From Alphaproteobacteria bacterium (GTDB taxonomy: Bacteria; Pseudomonadota; Alphaproteobacteria; SP197), in assembly GCA_965228895.1 (NCBI GenBank), contig OZ245842.1:1376001-1440000 (forward strand): DNA of 64,000 bases. The letters run 5' to 3'. Positions within the stretch are counted from its first letter, which is position 1. Each line of letters begins with the position of its first letter. Below, piece after piece: positions 12,362 through 20,896 of this stretch. A program made the translations under genes and the position numbers. The notes beneath the pieces are model-generated. The model ran no database searches. It had not been told where the DNA came from and saw only the letters and a list, made by a program, of their open reading frames with translations.

Positions 12362-14119
12362 TTACTTGCTCCAGCACTCCACCAGGTGGGTGAACTCCTC
12401 GGCGCTGTCGGCGATATCCGTCGTTTCCCGGTGCTCGGTTGATGCCGCCGTCCGATAAGCAACCTCCTGGGAGTCCAAGAAGATCAACGCAATCTGTGTT
12501 TTGATGGCGAAATTGACGTTCTGCGGCGTCACGTCATCGTTTCCTCTGACCAACTCCGACGAGACAACGCCAATCACGTGGCCGCTGCTGTCCAGCAGGG
12601 GGCCGCCGCTGTTGCCGGGCTGGATGGGCGCGGTGAACTGATACTCGCGAATGTCCTCGTTGTAGCCGACCAGCGCACTGATGGTGCCGACGGTGATGTT
12701 GCCCGACGACGACAGGGTGCCCTGAAGCGGGAAGCCGATCGCCACGACAGTCTCGCCGCGCTGAACCCGCGGGCTCTCGCGAAACGCCGCCGTCTTGATC
12801 GTATCGGGGTCGGCATCTGGCAAGTGCAGCAGGGCAAGATCGTTACCGGCATCGGCGGCGACCACCTCGGCGACGCCATAGTCCTCGACGGTCACTTGCA
12901 GGCAGCCGTCGATGACGTGCTGGTTGGTCAACATCTCGCCACGCGATGAAACAAAGAAACCTGTACCCGTGCCCCACAGGTTGAGCTTTGGCAGCAGGGA
13001 CGATTGTTCGTTCTCGGCAATGCGCAAGCGGCTGTTGAGTGTCTCGCGCAGCGATGTCAAAAGCGCTTCATCAATGGTGCCACTTGTCGGCAAACCTTGG
13101 GCGCTCTGATAGGCGTTGACCGCTTCCCTGGTGTTGGGGCCGGCGATCCCGTCGATAACACCGACATCGTAGCCGAGCGCGGTGAGCAGTTCTTGCGCCG
13201 CACGGATCAGCGCTGTTGTTTCAGCAGCGCCGGTTTCTTCGGCGTCTTCAATCTGCTCGGGCGTCAGCACCGCCGCGATCTTGTCACGTAGTTCGGCGGC
13301 GCCTGGCTCGTCCTGGGCCGCGGCCAGATCGAGCCACTCATAGGCTTCGACCAGGTCTTTCTGCACACCGAGACCGTCATAGAGCATGCGGCCCAAGGCG
13401 GCCTGCGCATAGGAATCGCCGAGCTCGGCGGCGTGCCGGTACCAGTCGACAGCGGTGCGATAGTTCTGAGATACGCCGTAGCCGTTCTCATAGAGGTAGC
13501 CGAGGCTGGAGAGTGCAAAGGTGTCATCGTCGGCGGCGGCGCGTTCGTACCAGGTTGCCGCGATGGCATAGTCCTGGACGACGCCATAACCGTTCTCGTA
13601 GAGAAAGCCGACATTGCGTTCGGCGAACGCTTCGCCCTGCTTGGCGGAGCGAAGGAACCACATCATGGCTTCGTTGTAGTCGAGTTCGACGCCCAGGCCG
13701 TATGCATAGAGGTAGCCCAGATTGCCCTGGGCATAACCATCGCCTTGCTCGGCGGCCTGTCTGTACCAGTTGGCGGCCATGCGGTAGTCCTGGGGCACGC
13801 CCAGACCGCTGTCATATAGGTAACCCAGGTTGCCCTGGGCATAGGCGTCGCCCTGCTCGGCGGCGCGGCGATACCAGTCGGCCGCCTGGGTGTAGTCCTG
13901 GGGCACGCCCAGACCGAATTCATAGAGGTAGCCGATATAGGACTGCGCGGCGGCATCACCCTTACTCGCCATGCCGATCCACTCTTGATACGCGGTTGCG
14001 TAGTCTTCCCGGTCAAACGCATCCCAGCCGGAATCAAGATCAGCCGAAGCAGGCACCGCAAGTAATGCGATGACGGCAAACGCCGGTATGGAGTTCAGAA
14101 GACGGTGCATCACGCTCAT
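12362..14119 (-). CDS. secreted Sel1-repeat / peptidoglycan-binding / trypsin-like serine protease
   Basis: Signal peptide; about 6 Sel1 repeats (AQGNLGYLY..G.GV.QDY..A..WY..AAEQG); PG_binding_1-like DGIAGPNTREAVNAYQ; triad TNQHV, DLALL, GNSGGP. Confidence 0.85.
   Translation of the reverse strand: MSVMHRLLNSIPAFAVIALLAVPASADLDSGWDAFDREDYATAYQEWIGMASKGDAAAQSYIGYLYEFGLGVPQDYTQAADWYRRAAEQGDAYAQGNLGYLYDSGLGVPQDYRMAANWYRQAAEQGDGYAQGNLGYLYAYGLGVELDYNEAMMWFLRSAKQGEAFAERNVGFLYENGYGVVQDYAIAATWYERAAADDDTFALSSLGYLYENGYGVSQNYRTAVDWYRHAAELGDSYAQAALGRMLYDGLGVQKDLVEAYEWLDLAAAQDEPGAAELRDKIAAVLTPEQIEDAEETGAAETTALIRAAQELLTALGYDVGVIDGIAGPNTREAVNAYQSAQGLPTSGTIDEALLTSLRETLNSRLRIAENEQSSLLPKLNLWGTGTGFFVSSRGEMLTNQHVIDGCLQVTVEDYGVAEVVAADAGNDLALLHLPDADPDTIKTAAFRESPRVQRGETVVAIGFPLQGTLSSSGNITVGTISALVGYNEDIREYQFTAPIQPGNSGGPLLDSSGHVIGVVSSELVRGNDDVTPQNVNFAIKTQIALIFLDSQEVAYRTAASTEHRETTDIADSAEEFTHLVECWSK
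13784..13916. repeat. 108-bp period direct repeat within the Sel1 region
   Basis: GTAGTCCTGGGGCACGCCCAGACCG is identical at 13784-13808 and 13892-13916. Confidence 0.8.
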
Positions 14120-14345
14120 CAGCCATCAATCCCCTGGTTCCCAGTAGCCTTTATAGCCTTCAATAGAGGGTTGGACCATCAATCTGGGCCAAATCCATGA
14201 TGAGACCCCAATCTTTGCTTGGACCAGTATAGTACAGACAGTCGTGAAGAAGATGTAACGGTGACTACAATCTGTCACATCTTGCCGTCGCGGATTCAGC
14301 CGATATGCTCGCGCCGCCCAGCTGGAAACGAGGGAATGCCCGCCT

Positions 14346-15476
14346 ATGTCCGAAACCCTGGATCTGCTTGCCCGACTAATCGCCATCGACACCTGCGATC
14401 CGCCGGGCGGAGAAATGGAGATCGCGGGCGTCGTTCACGGCTACCTGCGGGAACATGGCCTGGCGTCGGAACTCGACGTCTTCCTGCCAGGCAGGGCCAA
14501 CGTCGTCTCGCGCCTGAAGGGTGATGGCAGTCGGCCGGGGCTGATATTCTCAGCCCATTTCGACACCGTGCCGCCGGGCGCGCAGCCGTGGCAACACGGC
14601 CCCTTTTCCGCGCAGATCGAAGGCGGCCGCCTTTATGGTCGTGGCGCGTCTGATATGAAAAGTGGCATGGCGGCGATGATCAGCGCGGCGGTCAACCTGA
14701 CGCAACAGGACGTCACCTTGGGCGGCGATCTGATCCTGGCGTTCAGTGCGGGAGAAAGTTCGAACTGCCTCGGCGCAAAACGCATGGTTGAGAATGGCGA
14801 CTTGGCCGGTGCCGGTCATTTTCTGGTCAGCGAGCCGACCTCGCTCGGCATATTGATCGCGGAGAAGGGCGCTCTGTGGCTGCGGCTGATCACCCATGGC
14901 AAAGGCGGTCATGCGTCGGCGGACGAAGGCGCGTCAACCATGAGCCACAGTGCCATCACGCGTATGACGCAGGCACTCTCAGCATTGGAGCAGTTCGGTT
15001 TCGGCGTCGCGGACCACGCGCTCTTGGGTTCGCCGAGCGTTGCGGTGGGCACAATCCATGGCGGCACGGTGGTCAACCTGACGCCGGACCGGTGCGAGGC
15101 GGAGATTGATTTGCGACTGCTGCCAGGACAAGAGCCGCCCGCCGTTGTTGCTGCGCTGTCAGCGTATTTGGGCGATGACATCGAGATTGAAGAAATCGAT
15201 TTCAAACCACCGGTCGAGACCGCGGCTGATCACCCGTTCGTCACGGCCTGTATCGATGCGTGCGAACGTATGTCCGGGCAACCGCCGGTTCCAGGCGGCG
15301 TTTCCTATTACAGCGATGCCACGGTCATATGCCCGGCCCTCGACCTGCCGATGGTCATCCTGGGTCCTGGCGAACTCGGCATGAGCGGCCAGACCGATGA
15401 GTACGTCGAGATCGAAAAACTGGAGCAGGCGGTGCCGGTCTTTGAGCAGGTCGCGCGAACCATGCTGGCGTCCTGA
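14346..15476 (+). CDS. M20 family metallopeptidase/deacylase (ArgE/DapE-like)
   Basis: SAHFDTVP, GRGASDMKSG, VSEPT, HGKGGHAS. The usual EE and terminal H motifs read GES and GQTDE. Confidence 0.85.
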   Translation: MSETLDLLARLIAIDTCDPPGGEMEIAGVVHGYLREHGLASELDVFLPGRANVVSRLKGDGSRPGLIFSAHFDTVPPGAQPWQHGPFSAQIEGGRLYGRGASDMKSGMAAMISAAVNLTQQDVTLGGDLILAFSAGESSNCLGAKRMVENGDLAGAGHFLVSEPTSLGILIAEKGALWLRLITHGKGGHASADEGASTMSHSAITRMTQALSALEQFGFGVADHALLGSPSVAVGTIHGGTVVNLTPDRCEAEIDLRLLPGQEPPAVVAALSAYLGDDIEIEEIDFKPPVETAADHPFVTACIDACERMSGQPPVPGGVSYYSDATVICPALDLPMVILGPGELGMSGQTDEYVEIEKLEQAVPVFEQVARTMLAS

Positions 15477-15513
15477 AGAAAAGGGCCGCCCCGATGCGGA
15501 ACCCGGGACGGCC
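15477..15513 (-). terminator. probable intrinsic terminator after the ferritin-like gene
   Basis: GGCCG-CCC...GGG-A-CGGCC stem followed on the minus strand by CTTTTTCTT, between convergent genes. Confidence 0.45.
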
Positions 15514-15536
15514 AGTGGGGGACGGATGTTAGCTTT

Positions 15537-16130
15537 TTAGGAGACGAACGCGTTGGGGACGGGGTCTTCGCCCAGAACCATGCGCAGGACCGCGAGGTGC
15601 ATGGCTTCATCGCCCAGGATGGACGCTGCGACCTGGGCGAGATCACGGTCTTCGAACTCTGGCACCGCGCCCAGATAGGCGCTGACGGCACCGGCCTCCA
15701 GGTCGGCGGCAAACGACAAGGCGTCTGCTTCGTTCTTGATCGAGTCGAGCGGAAAATCGTACTGAGCGAGCGGTTCGACAGGCGTGCCGCCAAGCTGACC
15801 GATCGTCCCGGCAAGTGCCTCGGCGTGTTCCTGGTGATGCCCCATGAAGGTTATCGCCGTCGGCGCGACGGCATCGGTCAAGATACCGGCGTCAGCGACC
15901 GTCGCATAGGCCGCGACCGCTTCCAGTTCCGCACCCAGTGCTGCGTTAAGAATGGTGACATCTTGTTCGCCCGACGCCGCCCATGCGCCGCGCGAACCGA
16001 TCAGGTGGTCGGCGCCGGCCATCATGGCAAGCGCGCCAGCTGACAACGTCGCGCCACCGGCTTTCCTGAACAAACTTCGCCGGTTGATCAAACTGCGAAA
16101 CGAAAAGGGTGTTACTGTTGCTTCGTTCAT
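15537..16130 (-). CDS. Tat-exported ferritin-like domain protein (Ferritin_2/DUF4439-like)
   Basis: NRRSLF twin-arginine signal; ELEAVAAY, HQEH, EAGAVSAY and DEAMH four-helix-bundle di-metal motifs. Confidence 0.8.
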   Translation of the reverse strand: MNEATVTPFSFRSLINRRSLFRKAGGATLSAGALAMMAGADHLIGSRGAWAASGEQDVTILNAALGAELEAVAAYATVADAGILTDAVAPTAITFMGHHQEHAEALAGTIGQLGGTPVEPLAQYDFPLDSIKNEADALSFAADLEAGAVSAYLGAVPEFEDRDLAQVAASILGDEAMHLAVLRMVLGEDPVPNAFVS

Positions 16131-16157
16131 ATCGGTGCTCCCTATTGGTAAAGGAGT

Positions 16158-16183
16158 TACCCGGCAAGCACCGTCTTGGATGC
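16158..16183 (-). promoter_or_regulatory. ECF sigma-type promoter GCATCC-N15-GGGTA for the ferritin-like gene
   Basis: The same motif and spacing occur upstream of the ECF gene (17169-17194). Resembles SigK-type CATCC-N15 promoters. Confidence 0.6.
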
Positions 16184-16187
16184 AGTA

Positions 16188-17147
16188 CTAAAGAACGATT
16201 TGCAGAACCAGATAGATGATCACGATCGTCATGAGAGCAAGTGCGATCGGGCGCCAGAACAACGTATCGCTCGACGCGCGGTGCCGACCGTGCGGCAAGG
16301 TGCTCGCGACACGGCGCCACACCGTGTTGTCGACGTCCATGTCAGGCAAGGTGTCGACCAACGCGGCAAGGGCATACTCCCAGCGATCGGCCATCTGACA
16401 CAAACGGGCATCCTGGTCGCGAAGCTTCGCGAAGCGGCTGCGTGCCGGACCACGCAACAAACCGAGGACGTATTCGCCGGCCAGCGCGTCCTTGACGCCG
16501 ATCTTCTGGTCGCTTCCTTCAAGACAGGTGCGCAGACGGATCATGCCGCGCCGTATGGCGCTCTTGGCGGTACCCAGCGGCAGTTGCAGGCGTTCGGCCA
16601 ACTCGCGATGGCTTAGTCCTTCGAAATAGGCCAGCGTGATCGCGCGGCGCTGGGTATCCGGCAGGCGTTGCAGGCAGCCAGCTAGCGCCTGCGTTTCCTG
16701 TCGGCGCATGGCCTGCTCCAGTGGATCGGGCTCGCTGCTCGCAATCTCGCGCGCGTCCAGTTCCGGACTCGATGGGATCTCGCGGCCGCCGCGCATGGCC
16801 AGCGTCAACGCGACATTACGGGTGATGGTGACAATCCAGGCGAACCCTGATCCCTTGCCTGGATCATAACGGTGCGCCCAGCGCCATATCCGCAGATAGG
16901 CGCTCTGCAGCGCGTCTTCCGCACGGTCGGGCTTGCGCAGGATCTTCATGCAGAGCGCATAGAGTTTGCCGTGGGTCAGATCGAACAAACGGGCAAAGGC
17001 GTCCTGATCGCCGCGCGCGGCCGCTTCGATCAGCGCCGCCAGCGGATCGCTCGCGTCCGCGCCGCGAGTCACCGATGCACCTGCCGTCGGCATTGGCGCG
17101 TTGCGTGCGTCTGCCTTGGTCTTCGTCAGGGGGACAACATTTTCCAT
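16188..17147 (-). CDS. ECF sigma-70 factor (SigK-like) fused to an RskA-like anti-sigma domain and a C-terminal TM helix
   Basis: Region 2 (GDQDAFARLFD, AEDALQ, WIVTITRN) and region 4 (LAYFEGLSHRELA..LPLGTAKS), then LAGEYVLGLL...VWRRV and a hydrophobic FWRPIALALMTIVIIYLVLQIVL end. Confidence 0.85.
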   Translation of the reverse strand: MENVVPLTKTKADARNAPMPTAGASVTRGADASDPLAALIEAAARGDQDAFARLFDLTHGKLYALCMKILRKPDRAEDALQSAYLRIWRWAHRYDPGKGSGFAWIVTITRNVALTLAMRGGREIPSSPELDAREIASSEPDPLEQAMRRQETQALAGCLQRLPDTQRRAITLAYFEGLSHRELAERLQLPLGTAKSAIRRGMIRLRTCLEGSDQKIGVKDALAGEYVLGLLRGPARSRFAKLRDQDARLCQMADRWEYALAALVDTLPDMDVDNTVWRRVASTLPHGRHRASSDTLFWRPIALALMTIVIIYLVLQIVL

Positions 17148-17168
17148 CGCATTCGCCTTTCGCCACTA

Positions 17169-17194
17169 TACTCGCGTCGTCACAAGGGGGATGC
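17169..17194 (-). promoter_or_regulatory. ECF autoregulatory promoter GCATCC-N15-GAGTA
   Basis: Lies about 20 bp upstream of the sigma ATG; matches the motif before the ferritin-like gene. Confidence 0.6.
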
Positions 17195-17253
17195 GCTGGT
17201 CACGAAAAAATGTCCTCGCGTTCGGCGGTTCCTAGGTAAGGGGAGTGGATTGC

Positions 17254-17997
17254 ATGATCTCGTTTGAAGGCCAGGTTGCGGTTATCACCGGCGCTGGTGG
17301 CGCGATTGGCGGCGCGACGGCGCGGCGCTTCTTCGATGCCGGGGCCAACCTCGTGTTGACCGACGTTTCGGAGGCCGGTCTTGGTGCGTTGGCCCATGAC
17401 CTCGACGCCTCCGGCGCGCGTGTGGCGACGATCGTTCAGGATGCGCGGCAATCCCGTGATGCCGACGCCGCGGCAGAGCTGGCCAAGGAGCGCTTTGGCA
17501 AGGTCGATACCCTGGTAACGGCGGCCGGCTTGTTCCCGCAGGTCAGCGTGCCCGAGATGACCGATGATCATTGGCATGAGGTGATTGGCATCAACCTGGA
17601 TGGGGTTCTCTTTACATCGCGCGCCATGATCCCGCTGATGCCTGCCGGCGCGTCGATGGTCCACATCGCTTCGCTCGCGGGTCATCGCGGCACAGCCGAG
17701 CACGCCCACTACGGTGCGGCCAAGGCAGGCGTTTTGGGGCTGAGTCGGTCGCTCGCGCACGAACTGGCGCCCAACAACATCCGCGTCAACGCGGTATCGC
17801 CCGGCATCATCGAGACGCCGATGGTGAATGATCTGATGCGCCAACGCGGCGATTTTATTCTTGCCGCTACGCCCATGGCACGTCTCGGCACGCCGGACGA
17901 GATCGCCTGCGCGATCGCGTTCCTGGCCAGCGATCTCGCCAGCTTCATCACCGCCGAGACGCTTCATGTGAACGGCGGTTACTACGTGGGATCTTAA
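17254..17997 (+). CDS. SDR family oxidoreductase (FabG-like)
   Basis: TGAGGAIG, YGAAK, NAVSPG; GGGAG RBS. Confidence 0.88.
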   Translation: MISFEGQVAVITGAGGAIGGATARRFFDAGANLVLTDVSEAGLGALAHDLDASGARVATIVQDARQSRDADAAAELAKERFGKVDTLVTAAGLFPQVSVPEMTDDHWHEVIGINLDGVLFTSRAMIPLMPAGASMVHIASLAGHRGTAEHAHYGAAKAGVLGLSRSLAHELAPNNIRVNAVSPGIIETPMVNDLMRQRGDFILAATPMARLGTPDEIACAIAFLASDLASFITAETLHVNGGYYVGS

Positions 17998-18007
17998 GGG
18001 CTGCGAA

Positions 18008-18844
18008 TCACCATAGACTGCCGCCGGCGACGTTGATGTTTTCCATGGTCAGGCCGCGCGCGTCGTCACGGCAGAAAAAGACGGCGAGCGCCGCGATCTC
18101 TTCAGGTTCGATGATACGTTTCTGCGGATAGGTCGCCGCAATGTCGCCGACAAGCTCTTCGATGGGTCGGTTGTCACCCCTCTCAGCGGCGCGCCGCGTC
18201 AAGTCGCTCACCAGCATGCCGGTGCGCACATAGCCGGGATTGATGGCATTGCATGTGACGCCGTGGGGCGCACCTTCCAGAGCGACGCACCGCGTCAGCC
18301 CGAGTAGACCTGACTTCGACGCACAATAGGCGGCACAATCCTCGGCGCCGATGTTGGCGGCCGTCGACGCCACGTTGACGATACGTCCCCAGCCCCGCTC
18401 GATCATGCCCGGCAGACAGCGTTTTATCATGCGGTAAGGGCCAGTCAGATTGGTGTCGAGCGTTCGCTGCCACAAGGCGTCGTCGTGGCCGACGATGTTC
18501 TGGAAGACGCTGATGCCCGCGACGTTCATCAAGATGTCGACCTTGCCGAAATGGTCTTGGGCCAAGTCAATCAGGCCCTGACAGCGCTCATCAGAGCGCA
18601 GGTCGTGGTGACATCCGACCGCATTGACACCACAGGCTTCGATGGCAGCGACGGCACGGTCCAAATCGGTCTGGGTCAAACGGGATGTATCGGCCGGCTC
18701 ATCGGCTTCAGGATCGTCATATAGAAACGAACCGATGGCGACATCGGCGCCGGCTTCGGCGAGCGCCAGGGCAACGGCGTGGCCCTGACCCGATGCGCCA
18801 CCGGTGACGATTGCGGCGCGGCCTTCAAGAAAACGATCGGACAT
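18008..18844 (-). CDS. SDR family oxidoreductase
   Basis: TGGASGQG, NVAS, YCASK, NAINPG. Confidence 0.88.
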   Translation of the reverse strand: MSDRFLEGRAAIVTGGASGQGHAVALALAEAGADVAIGSFLYDDPEADEPADTSRLTQTDLDRAVAAIEACGVNAVGCHHDLRSDERCQGLIDLAQDHFGKVDILMNVAGISVFQNIVGHDDALWQRTLDTNLTGPYRMIKRCLPGMIERGWGRIVNVASTAANIGAEDCAAYCASKSGLLGLTRCVALEGAPHGVTCNAINPGYVRTGMLVSDLTRRAAERGDNRPIEELVGDIAATYPQKRIIEPEEIAALAVFFCRDDARGLTMENINVAGGSLW

Positions 18845-18911
18845 GATGGACTCCCGTTAAGCACGCGGGGACGATAGCCTTTACCGGAACAGGGGTCATC
18901 AGGGGGCAACC

Positions 18912-19511
18912 ATGATTTATGCCGAGTACATCGAGCGCGACCGTTTCATGCCGATGGAGATCTTCCGGCGCTTCGCCGATCAGTCGTCATGGACCGATCC
19001 CGATGACGGCATGGTCGGCAATTTCGGCCGCACCATGCGCATGGGGCCGACGCCCGCCTACATGTGCTTCTGGCAGTGCAAGGGTCTGGAACGCATGGAT
19101 GAGTGGGAGACCCACTTTCGCACGCCCGAAGCGGCGATGGACGCTGCCGAGCAGGCGACCTTTCGCGCCATTCACCTGGCGCGGGGCGGCTGTTATGACG
19201 AGCTTGTCCAAGGCCCGGCTGTCGACCGGGACGGTCTTATCTGCATCGAGTACTTTGCCGCACCCGAGAGTGCACCCGGCGAAGAAGTTGCCGCACACTT
19301 CGAGGGGCGGGCCGCCAGGCATCCCGAAGCGGCCTTGAATTTCGTCCTGCGTCGGATTGGCCGCCTGGGTCCCAACCCCGGTTGCCTGGCGGTCTGGACG
19401 TTCGCCGACTACGCGGCGATGGAGCCGTTTCAGCGCGCCAGCCTGGATGACGATCCCTATCGTCCGGAAGAAACCGGCATCTATCGCTGGATGGGTAAAG
19501 ATATTCTCTAG
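18912..19511 (+). CDS. hypothetical protein with internal duplication (possible dimeric alpha+beta barrel)
   Basis: Host-like codon usage and AGGGGG RBS; two similar halves (GRTMRMGPTPAYMCFW / RRIGRLGPNPGCLAVW). Confidence 0.65.
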   Translation: MIYAEYIERDRFMPMEIFRRFADQSSWTDPDDGMVGNFGRTMRMGPTPAYMCFWQCKGLERMDEWETHFRTPEAAMDAAEQATFRAIHLARGGCYDELVQGPAVDRDGLICIEYFAAPESAPGEEVAAHFEGRAARHPEAALNFVLRRIGRLGPNPGCLAVWTFADYAAMEPFQRASLDDDPYRPEETGIYRWMGKDIL

Positions 19512-19520
19512 ACGCAGAGA

Positions 19521-19551
19521 TGCGGCGGCCGGTGATTGACCAGCCGCCGCA
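19521..19551. terminator. stem-loop between convergent genes
   Basis: TGCGGCGGC...GCCGCCGCA 9-bp perfect arms plus an inner GGT/ACC; no U-tract. Confidence 0.5.
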
Positions 19552-19571
19552 CCGTAGATTCGTCCCGGAGG

Positions 19572-20093
19572 TTAGCGTACACCCTTCAGCGCGTCGCCAA
19601 GGAGCCAGACCGCAACTGCGAGCAGCACCGTATCCTTGATGATGAACTGGCCGGGTACGACGGAGAGCGCCGGGAACCCGCCCAGGCTCGCTTCCCAGCC
19701 GGGCGCGGTGAACAGAAAGCTGAGCGTGACGATGAAGGTCGCAATGGCGCCCAAGGCGCCAAGCACGGCGGCGCCGCGCAACCACAATCCGGCGACGATC
19801 AGAAGCGCCGTCGCGATTTCGACGGTGCCGATCAGGTTGGAAACGCCCTGCAGACTCAGAACATCGTAGAGCCAGCTTGTAAACGGGCTCGATGCGACTA
19901 GGCCTTCGATGGCGCCGGCCTCGTAGGCCGTGAACTTCATAGCGCCGATCCAGCCGAGGACGCCGGCCACGGTGAACCGCGCCGCGAGCTTGCCATAGCG
20001 TGACAGACGTTCGCCAAGTTCGGCGATGTCTTCTTTAACGGTGGAATCCTGCGCAACACGATAGGGGGATGCGGTGCCTGTCTTGTTGGTCAT
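19572..20093 (-). CDS. rclC: YkgB/RclC (DUF417) family membrane protein
   Basis: WIGAMKFTAYEA.AI..LV.SSPF.SWLY, TF.VTLSFLFT.PG and GQFIIKD motifs; AAGGAG RBS. Confidence 0.85.
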   Translation of the reverse strand: MTNKTGTASPYRVAQDSTVKEDIAELGERLSRYGKLAARFTVAGVLGWIGAMKFTAYEAGAIEGLVASSPFTSWLYDVLSLQGVSNLIGTVEIATALLIVAGLWLRGAAVLGALGAIATFIVTLSFLFTAPGWEASLGGFPALSVVPGQFIIKDTVLLAVAVWLLGDALKGVR

Positions 20094-20147
20094 AACGTCA
20101 GTCTCCTTTTGGTGTCGGATCGGCAAATTGTGGGAAACCCCTTGTTC

Positions 20148-20240
20148 ATGACCGATCGGTCATTATCTTGTCCTGTGAAACGGCGATCATGGTCGCCAGT
20201 ACAACGCAGATGGATATTCATGACCGATCGGTCAAGAATA
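20148..20240. promoter_or_regulatory. two TetR operators (TGACCGATCGGTCA)
   Basis: Perfect palindrome ATGACCGATCGGTCAT at 20148-20163, and TATTC-A-TGACCGATCGGTCA-A-GAATA at 20215-20240. Confidence 0.8.
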
Positions 20241-20253
20241 AGGATGATCACAA

Positions 20254-20844
20254 ATGAGTGACACGAAACCCCTGGGCAGGCCCCGTGAGTTCGACGAAGG
20301 CGACGCCCTCGCCACGATCCTCGATGCTTTCTGGAAAAACGGATTTGCCGGCACGTCCATGAGCGACCTGGTGGCCGCCACAGACCTCAGGAAAGGCAGT
20401 CTCTACGCTGCTTTCGGCGACAAACACGCAATGTATCTGAAGGCGCTGGCGCTTTATGACCGCACGGCCGTCGAAGGCGCTGTCGCGCTTCTGACGGGAC
20501 CAGGAGCGCCTCTGGAACGTCTCGACCGGTTCCTCAGCCTGCCGATCACCGCGATTGCCAAGGCTGGAGACCGGCGAGGCTGTTTCCTGTGCAACGCCTC
20601 GGTCGATCAGGCGGTTCTGGACCCCGACACCGAACGTGCCGTCAAAGCAGGTTTTCGCCGTATGGCGCGTGCCTTGGAGACGGCCTTGTCAGCGATACCG
20701 GGCGAAGCGGATCGCGCCGGTCAAGCACAGCACCTCTTGTCGGTCTACTTTGGGCTTCGTGTGATGGCCAAGGGCGGTCAATCGATCAAGGCCCTGACCG
20801 AGGCCAAGCGCGCGGCCCTGAAGGGCTTATCCGCGTCGCGTTAG
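20254..20844 (+). CDS. TetR family regulator (NemR/ComR-like)
   Basis: GRPREFD, FW..GF..TSMSDL...GSLYAAFGDK HTH; GCFLCN motif. Confidence 0.9.
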   Translation: MSDTKPLGRPREFDEGDALATILDAFWKNGFAGTSMSDLVAATDLRKGSLYAAFGDKHAMYLKALALYDRTAVEGAVALLTGPGAPLERLDRFLSLPITAIAKAGDRRGCFLCNASVDQAVLDPDTERAVKAGFRRMARALETALSAIPGEADRAGQAQHLLSVYFGLRVMAKGGQSIKALTEAKRAALKGLSASR

Positions 20845-20896
20845 CGTATCTCTACGTACCGGCATCGCTCCACCGCCAAGCCTCATGGCGGCATCG

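Noticed and set aside
13300-13950. Periodic repeats resembling an array or CRISPR
   Set aside because: The 108-bp period is in frame and encodes Sel1 repeats; no spacers or cas genes.
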